Counted from the stretch's first letter, positions 51,179 to 64,000 are shown. The stretch: 64,000 nucleotides of DNA from Botryllus schlosseri (GCA_051294905.1 CM119371.1:10232001-10296000); one strand, 5' to 3'. Notes: generated from the sequence alone by a model not told the origin. Numbers and translations are program-made.

Positions 51179-52705
51179 GCAAGCAATCCTCAATCTCCTC
51201 GGTAGACTCGCTAGCGTGGTGGTGATTTGCGTGATCGGTGGAGGGATCACCATTCGGCAAATCACTTTGCTAGCCTGCATTTTAAACGGATACCCCACTC
51301 TCCTTGTTTCGACGGGAGTGTTGTTTAAAGTATTCGAACTTTTAGCTGCTGGGATGTTTCTGTCCGGATCCGCTGCCGGAGTTATAATACGGTATTACTA
51401 ATACCGATAACTAGGGCCATTTTATATGACCTTAAAAAATCAATTATATGACTTTATTTTATGGAAAATATGACTTTATATGACTTTATGAGAAAATAGT
51501 GTATTTTTATATGTAACCAACTTCACTCATGGAACTGACGAGTAAAACATACACAACATAGCAGTAATACGCATCCATTTTTATTTTAAACCACTATTGT
51601 AGTACAGTTTCATGTTGTGTGGAATGTTGGAGTCTATAAAGTGACAATTTGGACGTAAAATGACGTTAGTAAGGAAAATGAGCCCTCCACAGATGCTGAT
51701 GTGGGTTGACACTTCTGCAGTTTTGCATACAGCGCTGGTGAAATGTCTTGCCTTTGTAGCTCCATAATTTGTTTCACATCGTTTTTGTCCACTCGCTTCT
51801 TAATGTAATTTTTGAGCTCAAGCGGATCTTTTCTGAAATCAAGGGCATTTAGATCCTCCTAGCCTCTCTGATGGTGTATCAAGTTTGAAATATTGTTGTA
51901 GTGGAGGCATATTTCGGTGACCAATTCTTCAATTATTTATCATCGTGGTGCCCATCGTAAATACTATTTTATTCAAATCCAAATGTATATGTATATACCG
52001 AGACCAAGATAGAGCTTTTTAGCCTGCCTACCCACTGACTGATCTTCAAATTACGTCCTACTTCAGCGCACAGAAGTAAAACAGATTGTGTAGCAATACA
52101 ATGCAATGTGTGACCTCATAATGCAATGTGTGGCCTCATAATGCAATGTGTGACCTCATAGGTCTGTGACTGTAATGCGATATAGGCTAACCTTACAGCT
52201 TGCCTTCGTTTAATCAGAAATTGCCCTACTTTCTTAGTGCTTAATTGCTTCACCGCCTAAATTGGCACTTTTTATTTAAAGTATACAACAATATGACTTT
52301 AGAACTCAAATATGACCTAACAAGGAAAATATGACTTTATATGACTTTATAACTTTCTTAATATACCCCATAGGGACGTGGTTTTCGCGTTAAGATTGAT
52401 TTCACGACTTACTGATGCATAGAAAAAAATATGAGTTTAATGACTTTAAATGGCCCTACCGATAACACAGCTGGTGTCCGTTAATTGATTTCCGTAACAT
52501 GATGGAGGAAAGGCGACAGCAATGTCATCGGCTACTAGGCGGATAGCCTCTTTGATGTCTAACTTGGTTGATACAAGAGCAATAGGGATTCCGTATAGCC
52601 GTCAATAGTTTCATAATTTATTTTATATTCTCATCAACTTCCGAAAATATAGGTCGCAGATTTAAGATTGTTTTCGCTTCGACATTTGGGTCATTGTCGT
52701 TGATA
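51179..52705 (+). pseudogene. SLC49-like MFS pseudogene in opposite orientation, split by a hAT insertion
   Basis: LNLLGRLASVVVICVIGGGITIRQITLLACILNG...AGMFLSGSAAGVII [hAT 51412-52458] PITQLVSVN*FP*HDGGKATAMSSATRRIASLMSNLV... Confidence 0.7.
51412..52458 (-). mobile_element. Internally deleted hAT transposon with a C-terminal dimerisation-domain relic
   Basis: TIR TAGGGCCATTT; perfect TSD CCGATAAC; ATATGAC subterminal repeats. Minus strand about 51830-51590 reads KDPLELKNYIKKRV...LYAKLQKCQPTSASVEGSFSLL. Confidence 0.9.
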
Positions 52706-54069
52706 CTGATTGCTATAACGGTGGTACATTGCAACTGTATGTACGGCCTACGAATTATGAGATTTGTGTTATCCAATTTCAACAGTGAGTATGTTCATTG
52801 TTCAATTGTTCTTGTTCTGTTCATGTTCAAGGCGAGAAACATCGAACATTACTATACTGAGGTATCTGTGAAACTTACAATTATTCCAAATCGTGAGCGC
52901 CATCTGGCGTATTCTCAAGAAGTTGTGAAGAAAATCGACACAAAATCGACCTGCGCCAGAATCGAAAACAAGCATAGCTTATATATGTGAGATGCGGTAG
53001 GTTTTTGTTGGCATAACATTATAATTATTCTTCGTTGTTAGGTTTTATATCCTAATTGTATTCGATGATGTGATGACCTTATTATGAAGAAAACGTTTAA
53101 ATTAAACAATCACCAAGTTTCATGACGGAATCATTACTGATAGTTAATTCGAATTTAGTGCCTCGTCATAGATTCCCGGGAATCTATCGCAAATCATTAC
53201 GGCTGCTGGATAGTAGAAGTGTTTTCAACCAGTTTCCATGATCTCAATTTTGCCTTAGAGAACATGCATTCGACGCATGTCGGGTGTGCGTTGTTTACTA
53301 TCTTTCGCAGTGACACGCACGAAAGCTGAAACCATACCGAACATGGTAATGATTCTATGTTCGCTATTTCGGCATTGTTCAAACCGCGTATTCGAAAACA
53401 GCTTAGTAGTTTAGTTAACTTGGAACAAACCAGAATGGCTCTTGGCTGGACCTGGATACGAGGCATATTCATAGTTTGGGTTATAGTAGGCTAGTACACG
53501 GATCACCATATGTATTACTAAATGGCAGCAATAAAATGATAACATTAATTAGGGCTCGTGCCGGACCTGTTGAGACAATATCGATTGCAAGCCGTAGTAG
53601 GTAGGGGCATTTATTTGAACCCATGTATTGCATATATATATATCAACAATAAAATTGGACAAAACAATAATCGCTCACTAATAGAAGCACATTGGCCTAC
53701 TATAAAATATTAGACTTGTTTAGCATCTTGTAAATATGTCCAAATAAACATAATAGCCATCAGAAAGCATAACAAAAAGGGAATCGGAAACAAGACACCG
53801 AACTCGGAGCTGTAATTATCCATCAACATTGAACACACGTACGCAGGCTCACACAAAGAGGTTACCTACTCGGTAGATGTAATCTACAACAACTTCCAAC
53901 GGACCTTCATGTACTACTGAACAATCCTGTAATGGTACATCCATTAATAGATTATGTGATATTGACCGGAAGGGGAATATAACCCCCAATCAACCCTCCC
54001 ACTCAGGCCTGGCGCACAAAGCCCTAGTTGCTGAGCGCCATAATACCCCGTACCCACCCACCCACCCAC

Positions 54070-55304
54070 GTACGCAGGCTGTGCTAAATGCCATGAACAC
54101 AACTCCACCTGCCGTCAGGATGCTATACGATTTTAATCGAATGGGACTAGTCAGGTTGGCAGATATTCCCGATCCGCGGTGTTTCAGACAAATCATCAAC
54201 GCAGAACGGGTGGACGTTAAAGTCAAATACGACGAGTAAACACCAGCCAGGTTTTTTAATGGAAGCAAGCTACGGAATCAGTGAAGCTTAGGATCAGCAG
54301 TGAAGAAACGCAAAGTATTGTCAGTCTCGGTTTGGAAAATCTGTCAAGAATTTGACCAACCATAGGCCCCACAGCAGTTGCGGTTACGATTCCAATGATA
54401 AACAGCAGCCCCACAAACTGATCGTTCAAATAGGGAAATTGTTTCTAAATGAAGGGTGGCGCCGTACGCTCTGTCGGACATCGTGAAATCGTACAGTATA
54501 AAAAATATCGCGTATGGGCGATAGGAGAATAGAAATGCGACGTCTTTCAACTCTATTGACAGGCTTTGAGTCGGAGATGTCTGCACTAAAGGGATATTTT
54601 CGTTTAGTGCTTGATCATCAAGTAATTCGTTAAGCTGACAGTCGGCCTGTCAGACACAAAGCATAATACTACAACGCAACAAAATAAGGACATTAACGAC
54701 AATGACCCGATTGTCGAAGCGAAAACAATCTTTAATCTGCGATCAATATTTTCGGAAGTCGTAGAGAATATCGATGTTTGCCCAAGCTGTTGATGACTTT
54801 ACGGAATTCCCATTGCTCTCGTAGCAACCAAGTTTGACACCAAAGATGCTAGCCGCCTTGTAGCCGATGACATTGCTGTCGCTTTTCCTCTTTAATGCAA
54901 AGGAAACCAATTCACGGACACTAGCTGTGCTATCGGTATTATAACTCCGGCACCGGAACCGGATAGAAACATCCCAGCAACTAAGAGTCCGAATATTTTA
55001 AACAAAACTACCATTGTAACCAGTAGAGAGGCGAATCCGTTCATGACGCAGGCTAGCAAAGTGATTTGCCGAAGGCTGATCCAACCACCGATCACGCAAA
55101 TCACTACAACGCTAGCCAATCTACCGACGAGATGGCGATTGCTTGTAAGTCGGTCATGGCAGGATCGATTAAGAAATATCTCGAAGTGATATCGTTGACA
55201 AAGGAGAATGATCCGAAACCGAAGACATCCAATACGGTGATGAAACACACTATCGATGAAATGTCGGATTCTGAATCATAACCGCTGCCACTCGACTTCA
55301 GCAA
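54070..55304 (-). pseudogene. Most complete SLC49 (FLVCR/DIRC2/MFSD7)-like MFS transporter pseudogene; intron-free over ~1.2 kb, several frameshifts and stops
   Basis: Successive frames: ISSIVCFITVLDVFGFGSFSFVNDITSRYF; GRLASVVVICVIGGWISLRQITLLACVMNGFASLL...LLVAGMFLSGSGAGVIIPIAQLVSVNWFPLH; RGKATAMSS; CFVSDRP; LKDVAFLFSYRPYAIFFILY; GLLFIIGIVTATAVGPMVGQILDRFSKPRLTIL. The order and motifs match SLC49 helices 1-9. Confidence 0.75.
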
Positions 55305-55993
55305 ATACTCGACCTGCCGTCTCTAACTCGGTTCGGTTTCAATGTATTTTCCTTAATGGCTCATCAATTCAGGAAACAACAACAACAAAAACAACAACAC
55401 TGCGATTACTTGAGCAACGACCGCGAGAAGGATCATTCGTGACGATACGGAAGGAAAAAACCCAGAGAGCGATACGCCGTGAATACCTATTTCTGAGAAA
55501 ATAGGGGATATTATATTGCGACAAATTCTATTTATCTACTGAATGAGAAGCATAAACTTCACTGCTGTCATCAATTACCAGTTGCTCTACAATGCACATA
55601 TTTTAAACGGTTACCATAGTATCAGTTAGGGATGCATCTCCAAGTATTAGTAGTCGCTTTCTTTAATTTTCAGCTTGGCGTTGATCAGAGGCACGATCTT
55701 GGTTAGTAGAATTGCGGGATGAATGATCAGTAGAATGACTAAATCATTTGAATTTCAGGTTATAGCATTTGTTTTACCCACAAGTAGCCCGTCTATATAT
55801 AGTAAGCCACTGCATGTTTTCATTGCCTACGTCTCATGACATTCATAAAACGCAGCATCAGCAACCGCTCACTGAACAACTGTGAGCCACAGTATGATAT
55901 GTATCTCATATAACATACATATACTCATATTATATCAGTGGTTCCCAAACTGTGGTGTGCGTACCACCAGTCTTTCTCAAAATTCTCTCAGGT

Positions 55994-56272
55994 TTGTTTG
56001 TTTTGGGGTATTCATGGTGTTAGTCGACTACTATGGTCATTTACACCAGGCCGATATTCTTGTTATTTTCCGTAACTGCCGACTTATAGCACGGCCCACC
56101 TCTATGCTTTTTGTAAGACACAGCTGATGCGGATGATGCGTGGCGAGGAGGAGCCCAGGTAAACCTCCAACACTTAGGTATCGGAATTCGGAAGTCGACC
56201 TCGGTCGGACTCGAACCCGCACCCATTGGTGTTGTAGCCGCGGATTATACCACTGCGCTGTCTCGACACACT
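55994..56272 (-). mobile_element. Full-length SINE family 1 copy with 12-bp TSD
   Basis: TSD ATTCTCTCAGGT (55982-55993, 56273-56284); B box GGTTCGAGTCC on the minus strand. Confidence 0.9.
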
Positions 56273-56664
56273 ATTCTCTCAGGTCGTACGCGATAAGCCT
56301 CAATTCAACGGATCGAGAAATTAATGAATTTACAATTCGATGAAGCGAGATCTGTACTAAATATGAAGGCTTCATAATCAGGCATGACAAAGTTTACTTG
56401 ATTAGGCTGTCAATGTAAAATCGGACAACGTCATATATCCCCAAATTTTAAGACCCTTGCATTGATCTATGGCTTATAGAGTGGAGCACGAAGTGGAGTC
56501 TGGCTGGATATCCCGCTTAATTTTCGACCAGAGCTGGTTCTGAGCCGGATCAGTACCTTTTTCGATACGGCCGAAGTCGGATCGGAGCTGGATCAGTACC
56601 TTTTACTAAGAATATGATAGCCTTGATCTCGTTTGCCCTAGGATCCGTGGTTGAAGAAACACTG

Positions 56665-58118
56665 CACTCTAAAAATGATGTGGTCTCAAATTGAAGGACA
56701 AAACGGAAAATATTTTTTGGCGGCAGACGTTTTCTTCAGAACGCCACTGTAACGGAGCTGCAATGTATTGAAATTTCCACAAACATGTCACGCTCCAGAA
56801 AGTCACGCAGATATCGAACTTTACATAGTTGTTAGCCGAAAGAAGGAAATGAAGGAAATATGTCGTACACGCATGGGATGGTGTCAACGCGAACCATTTT
56901 CAAAAGGTTCTGTGTGAACGCGAATGTGAACCTCATGACGTCACGTGACGTCATATTGCTAATTACAACCCTATATTTCAGTAAAGTGATAGCCCATATT
57001 AAAGCGCACGATAACTAACGACTCGGGCCACATAATGCCACAATGCTGACGTCGCCAAATGTATCATCTGCGGGGGCAATAAAATGATACAATAATCCCA
57101 TAAAATCAATATCTTCCGTCGTTTTGCCAACAATTTCGACGAGGACTTACAAGGGGATATAAGCTTTCGCCTTAACGGTCTAGGCCAGACGGGACAATGC
57201 ACTGGGCGTCTGTCTATTGCTACGTTGATATTGAGCAGAGTGTAAACCGGGTTTCTATACTTGCTAACGATATGACCCCATTAACAAGTTATGCAGCAGT
57301 AGCCAACACCCCAATTGCACGGAATTAGTTTTTATGATACAATAAACATAAGAAGTCAATATTGAGCCTGGTCCCGTATGCCTGCTAAATTTGTTAAATC
57401 AGACTACAATATCAATTTCATTGATTGCTTGAATAAGCATCATTCACTGACTACCTATAGTGGATTTCACTCTTGATGTTGTGTCATTTCGGGTCAAGCT
57501 CACAGCTAGAAGAGAGTCACTAAATATTCACAAACGGAAAGCTGCATATTTCGAGCAAACTTTTGTAGCAAAGCAAGCAAAATATTCAAGATTGTCAAGG
57601 TACATACTCGTTTAGTGTTGATATTGTTATGCTGCTATCGACATGCACAGAGTGGCCCGCAGTTGAAATGCAATAAATTTCAACCAAAGATGTTACAATG
57701 AAGTGAAAATATTAATATATGAAAAAGGTTCACAGTCCAGAGCCTACCAAGGTTCATTTGTGAACGTGAACCTCTAAATGTCTGAAGTTCACACAGAGAA
57801 CGCGAACGTGAACCTCACGTACACACCATCCCTAGTACACGCCAAGGTGGCTTAGATACCACGTTCAACGGAATATCTTCAGTCAGGAGATTTATATCAA
57901 AATCGGGCTTAGTGTATTCTATTTCTGTCGCGTACGACATATTTCCTTCAGAACATCGACTGACAATGACAACTATAAAAATTTCGATCTCTGCAAGACT
58001 GCTGGAGCGTGATGTGTTTGTGAAAGTTTCATTACGGTGGCGTTCTGAAAAAAACGGCTGCGGCCAATTTTTTTTTTAGTTTTGCCCTTCAATTTGAGAT
58101 CACATAATTTTTAGAGTG
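56665..58118. mobile_element. CACT-terminal (EnSpm/CACTA-like) MITE interrupted by a hAT MITE
   Basis: About 90-bp imperfect TIRs CACTCTAAAAAT...ATTTTTAGAGTG; TSD not preserved. Confidence 0.7.
56873..57834. mobile_element. TAGGGATGG-family hAT MITE
   Basis: Perfect TSD GTACACGC (56865-56872, 57835-57842). Confidence 0.88.
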
Positions 58119-58519
58119 ATCAACTGAGTCAACACAGTCAACACAGTCATGGGGCTATTTTGATCAAAATCTCGCATTTTCGATGTAATGGCTAGATAGG
58201 AAGTCGGCTCAGTCGTACTATAAAGTTTAGAAATTCAATCTACTTGTTATTTTCACAGGGGCACACAGAAGATTCTTTTAAATCAAAATACAGCAACAGC
58301 ACTATATTTAGGGTATCAGAATTATCATAGTTATGGACTTTCACGGATATCATGTACATAAATAAACTCCAGTGATGTACAGAAGTATTTACTTAGATAC
58401 TCAAATAAAGTGGCATTGATTCAATCAGTTTTACGTAAACCATCTATTGTAAATTTGAAATAATCAGTTGGAATATTTTATGAATAATTTATTTTAAAGC
58501 ACAATTGTTTTTGTACGAT

Positions 58520-59720
58520 TTCCTCATCTAAGCAATTTAGTGCAGTTTCTCGAAAGGTTCCAGCAATGGTCTGCCATAATATGTTCATCCCATCTGTCCC
58601 AATATCTTTCTTTTGTTGTTTTGATGTCTTGGTGGATCTTCTATCCTTACTAATCAACAAGATCATCAGAAAAGATGCCAAGATGACCGAACAGGAAGTG
58701 AACTTTTATGCTCATGTTTGTTCCAAGTTTTCTATATGCAGAAAGGAATTTTGGGACCAGCTATTTATTGCTGGGTGCTTTGTGATCACCTAAAAAGTTT
58801 TATTTACTAGACCTTAGGATAAATTCCATGCAAGGAACTCCTTACTAATATGAAATTGGAATATTTCATCCGTATTCGAATCTGAAATTTATCGAATTTA
58901 CCAGATTCAAGCTTCTCGTTTGATAGGGATGCAAAAGGTATACCCATTTGGTTGACTCGGCGAAAAATTATCAATTTACAAGTCAAAGGAAATGAGACAC
59001 ATATGAGCATTTTAGTTAAGCTTTTCAATGACAAATTTGATAGCTTTATACTCCTCTTTAATCTTGGTAGAATGCAGGGTTGTAATGAACTTGACTCGAG
59101 TCATTTTCTCGAAATGCAGAAATGACTCGACTCGAGTCAATCTGTGTATTGACTCGACTTTGACTCGAGTCATTGCGCATGACTGGAGACACAGAAGGCC
59201 AAGACAGATATTCATCATAATTTCGAATAATAGTAAAGTAATCACCCTATTGGACATCGTCTCTTGGTACTAGTACTTAAAAATGCGTTCAGAAAGTCTT
59301 GGAATTGAGAAAAATTAGTATATTATAAATGCCAACCATTCAATATCACCAAACAGAGTTCTAAAAAGTGAGTTAAACAAGATTTTAACTGGAAGCTGAA
59401 CAGTCCACACATTGCCTCAGACTCGGACATGACTCGGATTCGACCCTCTGCTCGATGACTCGGACTCTGACTTGACTCGGTGGTGAGTGGAAAATAACTG
59501 GGCTGATTCGAGTCAAAACTATAAAAGTGAAATTGACTTGTGACTCGGAGCCTTGTGACTTGGTTGCAACCCTGGGAGAATGACTAATTGATACATGAGA
59601 ATATGTATTACCGTCGTGCAAAAGTACAATTTTTAGGCTTGACAAACTGCTTTTTTGACAAACAAATATTCCGTATCAGGTCATGTTAATATTGATCGAA
59701 TGACTGAGAATGACATGGGA
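58520..59720 (-). pseudogene. Chapaev3-like (CMC superfamily) transposase relic, interrupted by a hAT MITE
   Basis: Minus strand: SLKIVLLHDGNTYSHVSISH[MITE]STKIKEEYKAIKFVIEKLN*; FASLSNEKLESGKFDKFQIRIRMK; LGDHKAP...YRKLGTNMSIKVHFLFGHL; HQDIKTTKERYWDRWDEHIMADHCWNL. Confidence 0.8.
59075..59574. mobile_element. hAT MITE (CAGGGTTG termini, GACTCGAGTC motifs)
   Basis: TSD GTAGAATG/GGAGAATG; homolog of 9038-9564. Confidence 0.85.
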
Positions 59721-60419
59721 GTTCTTCATCGTCAATTATCTATTTATGCGCAATATAAAATTAGAGAAAACTATAATTTATTGCCCATCAAATGAAATAT
59801 TCAAGGGCTTTTTTAGGGGTAAAAATATTTTCTGAACAGTAGCCAATCAGGCAAAATGTGATATTCGTAATCAGCAACCTCGAAAACCACAGAAACGGCT
59901 CTCTCATTTTTTACATTTTTATGACCAGCGTATTTATTGTCGTAGTTTTTCGGACCGGATCACGGTCATTTCTAGAATCCGGCCTTGTAGTCGTACCTGA
60001 GTCGGACCAGAGCTTTATAAACAGGATTGGACAAGGACCAGAGAATATGTCGATCCACTCCGCTCTACTATGGCTGAATTTTACTAGTCACTGCATCTTA
60101 CTTTTCGTGAGCAGTTAGTATCAAATTCAGGATCCTCCTAATATCAATATCAATTATTCACATGCAGTATATAGCCGACTGCCCTGCATCAGAACAAAAA
60201 TCGTGAGACACGTTACAAATCTATTGGAGGGGTACAACCTCAAATATCCGATTTCCATAAATATTATATTATGATCGATCAGTAGTGAGGGTACGACTTT
60301 ATACGCCGTCCAATCAGAGAACGTCACGTCATCCTAATTGCCACGCCCCACGCGTGTCTTAGTATTAGGTGCTATAGGGTTAGGAAGAATTAGGTTAAGG
60401 AGCGCGCGGGAATGTTTCT

Positions 60420-61700
60420 TATGCTTATACAACTCAACGAATACCCATCGGCCTGCTTACTACATTTTAAATATTCTCTCCACTATTGTGTATACAAGAA
60501 TATACTTCTCTTAGTAAGCAATTTCTCGTGAATTCCGAAGCACATTCGCGTGTGTTAACTTCTGTATTAGGTGATAGTATCATTTTCATGTCTGATAATG
60601 TTACTTGTCAATGTGATACAAACGTAAGCTCAAACTACTTTAAAATTTAAAGTCTTGCCAAATTTTATCTAAAACTGAAACTGTCAAGTACCGATAAAGT
60701 ACTCTAAAACCTAGTCACTTTTTACGTGGAGGGAGAACATAGCGAAGTACTAGTACATTTTGGAGTACTCAAGTATAGGTTTGGCCTGCTTGCGCTATAC
60801 TTAATGAAGTGATTAACTATTTACACTGCATCTACTTCTATTGCTGAGTTTTTCGGTTTTTGACCAAACTATACCTTCAATACTTACTTTTTAACTCACT
60901 CGGAAATCATAACTTCTTGTACTTTAGTAAGACTTTACTGCTACAATTTACTTTTTTCAGTGGACCAGTGGTCTTCGTGAGTGGTGTCAGTTTCATCTAT
61001 ATCCTACGAAAAGCTACTTGAGTACTTTACGGCTTCGTATCATCGCAAATAATATATTCTGAACATGTTTAGATAGCGAGGAGTTGTAATTACAGGTGAA
61101 AGGGACAAATTTTATCTCAAACTGAAACTGGAAAGTACCTATAAAGTATTCTAGAGTATTTTTTATGTTTATTCAACTCAACGAATATCTTCATATCGGC
61201 CTGCTTACTACAGTTTAAAGATTTTCTACGCTAGAAAAATCGCTGTAACATGATAAGTATATTATGATTAATCTTATCAGCGCGGCATAGTACATTCGAG
61301 TAAATTCATTTAATTAGCTTATGTTTGTGAAATTATTTGGTTTCCGAATTCTATCTAAAAGTGAAACTGACGAGTATCGGTAAAAGCAGTCTTAAACCGT
61401 AGTCACTTATTACGTGGTGGGAGTCGATAGCGAAGCACTCGTGCATTTTGTAGTACTCAAGTATAGGTTTTATCTGCTTGCACTATACTTAATCAAGTGA
61501 TTAACTATTTACACTGCATCTACTTCTATTTCAGAGTATTCGGTTTTCAGGTAAACTATACCTGCAATACTTACTTTTTAACTCACTCGGAAATCATCAC
61601 TTCTTGTACTTTACTAGAAATTTACTTCTACTAAATGTTGAAATGTACTGTTTTCAGCGGTCTTGATGAGTGGTGCTAGTTTCATCTATATCCTACGACG
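60420..61700. repeat. Degenerate direct duplication (period about 700-750 bp) of an AGTAC-rich sequence
   Basis: 60421-60480 matches 61166-61230; 60660-61010 matches 61347-61700; extra partial units at about 61108 and 62228. Confidence 0.75.
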
Positions 61701-63099
61701 CATTTTCGCGCTGCAGGATGACTTATCGCAATAAAAAATAACAAAAATACTTCGAGAATTTGCGAACTCTCACTGCTCAATATTTTAGTTTTACGAAGTA
61801 CCCTTCAAAGTGAGCCTACATCTTGGATATTACCCAAAACCACATAAAATGTCGCTTCGAACGAGGTATCCTTTAAGTTAAGGTAGAAGTAGTCATTTCC
61901 GAGTAAGTAAAACGTTAGTACTCTAGGTCTATTTCTGTTTAATACTCTAGCTATCATGAAGTTGATGTACTCCAATATCATAAGGACTTGAGAGTATTTG
62001 GTGCATGTAGGCAAAAAATCTACTTGGGTATTCTCAAGAAGTACGAGTACTATACTTAACAACTCTGAAAGTTATCGCAGTTTGTGGCATTTGTATGCCA
62101 TCGAAATTTGCGTGCTTCTCACTTACCTTATGTTGGTTTTCCTTTTCTATCTACTTTACAAGATTCAGTGTAGAAGTTTAGTGAAAGTGTAAGAGTTTAG
62201 CAAAAGCAGTTTTTGATCGTAGCATTTGTCAAGGTGATACAACCGTAACCTTAAACTACTTTAAAATATAAAGTCCTAAAAGTAGGTAGTTTCTCCTGAA
62301 AAACCGATTAGTAGAAGTGTAAATATCCTAGAAACATAACCACCTGTATCAGTCACTTTTCAATCCCTAATTGTAATAAAATTCCAGCAAAATTGCGAAT
62401 CGTTGAGTATCGAACGATAGCCTCTATCCTACTTGCGGAAAATAGGGATTGGTACACGAGTATCAAATTAGAGTAAATTGAGTAAACTTGAGAGGTTATT
62501 AGTGATTCTGCTGGAGTTTATATGAAGGGAAGTCCTGATAAAACCTTGATTATTTCAGAAAAGAATAGAGGGCTTCTTTCGATATTTTGATAGTCTCCGT
62601 CGTACTGTCGGATGTCATGAAATTGTACACATGCCATCTAGTACTACGGAAAATGTCAAGGCTGGTACTCAATGGTTCTGTTAGTAAATATATGGAATGT
62701 GTGGGAATCGAATTGGAGCGTAAAGTATGCTCCTATGGCATAGAGCCCTACGAAATGAGTCCACATACCCCGTAAAATTCCACTCCGAGCGCTGCGGCTT
62801 AGCTCAAGCGAACAAGTATTTCGTACTTTAGGTGTCAAATCATCTTTCTTATGATAAATAAGCATAGGAAGAATTAATCAGAAAATTTTATAGAGTACCG
62901 TAGGCATCGATATTTTGAGTGAAATGGGCTTTCTTATCTTAAATTGAAACGGAGAGAATAAATCGAAACAATTTGCAGAGTCCCGTAGGCTTCAAGACAT
63001 AGCTCAGGCTGAGATTACAGCCTAATAACGAGGGCATCGAGTGGGATGTTATAGGAAGCAAGACGAATCGATGTAAAAGTGTTGAAACTTAATTACATC

Positions 63100-64000
63100 T
63101 GTAATTCCATCACTAAAGTTGATCACGCATAGGTACGTGCTACGCTCCCGCAAACAGATTCCCGCGAAGTTGGTATAGAACTGCGTTAGTTTTAAAGGTG
63201 TTCCATCATGAAATGTGTGATGAAATTTGATATGTTCCATTGTCATACTGTCCTACACCTGTGAACCAATCTTCAAGTTGCGCATTCAATGTTTAGCTCG
63301 GTAATTACGTTATTAAAGTTGAGTATGCATAGGTACGTGCTACGCTCCAGCAAAAGTCGGTATGGAACTGCGTTAGTTTTAAAGTTGTTCAATCATGAAA
63401 TGCGTAACAAAATTTGACATGGTGCATTGTCATAATGTCTTACAACTGCGTACCGAGTTTCAAGGTGGGGAGTCGATTATTAACATGCTAATTCCGTTGT
63501 TGAAGTTGTCAATGTATAGGTACGTGCTACGCTACGGAAAAACAGATTTAGCCAAAAGTTTGTATAGAACTGCGTTGGTTTTAAAGGTGTTACATCATGA
63601 AATGTCTGACGAAATTTGGTATGATGCATTGTTATTATGTCCTACAACTGCGTACCAACGTTCAAGGTGAGAATTTAATGTTTAGCATGCTAATTCTGTT
63701 ATTAAAATTGACTATGTATGGGTATATGCTATGTTCACGAAAAACAGATATGCGTAAAAGTCGGTATTCGACTGCGATAGTTTCAAAGGTGTTCCATCAT
63801 TAGATGTGTGATGAAATTCAGCATGGTGCATTGCCATAATGTCCTACAACTACGTATCAAGTATCGAGTTGGGATTCAATGTTAAGCATGGTAATTCCGT
63901 TATTAAAGTTGGCTATGTATGGGTACGTGCTATACGCTCCCACAAAACAGACGTACGCAAAATGTCGATGTAGAGCCGCGTTAGTTTTAAAGTTGTTCCA
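63100..64000. repeat. ~200-bp tandem repeat (satellite-like), at least 4.5 diverged units, runs off the window
   Basis: Anchor (A/G)GGTACGTGCTA recurs at about 63132, 63331, 63518, 63720 and 63920, each followed by ...GCGTTAGTTTTAAAG(G/T)TGTTCCATCATGAAATG. Confidence 0.9.

Noticed and set aside
1062..62865. The remaining 60-150 aa ORFs in the track
   Set aside because: Most use non-ATG starts, lie in MITEs, SINEs or duplicated non-coding DNA, and show no recognisable domains or frame conservation between paralogous copies.
63100..64000. CRISPR array or repeat-protein gene
   Set aside because: Whole ~200-bp units are homologous (no spacers), and unit lengths and stops break any reading frame.

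Overview
AT-rich, repeat-dense eukaryotic DNA, most likely from an invertebrate animal (inferred from spliceosomal introns, tRNA-derived SINEs and animal-type DNA transposons; the species cannot be determined from sequence alone). Only two intact genes are supported: paralogous, uninterrupted 285-aa class I SAM-dependent methyltransferase ORFs (13304-14161 and 46972-47829, about 81% aa identity by manual alignment). They lie in a ~9-10 kb segmental duplication (about 6.6-15.8 kb vs 40.0-49.6 kb). At least seven decayed, intron-free fragments of an SLC49 (FLVCR/DIRC2)-like MFS transporter surround them; the ORF track shows these only as scattered pieces. The rest is mobile DNA. It includes an ISL2EU-type element, a 12.7-kb PIF/Harbinger element holding a five-deep nest (Harbinger > non-autonomous LTR element > CCC-terminal EnSpm-like element > SINE > MITE), many hAT MITEs with 8-bp TSDs, hATm-like, hAT and Chapaev3-like transposase relics, two SINE families, a 78-bp minisatellite and a ~200-bp tandem array at the right end. 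All family assignments come from motif recognition by eye, not database searches. I found no demonstrable novel system. The best candidate is the co-duplicated methyltransferase + MFS transporter birth-and-death cluster.
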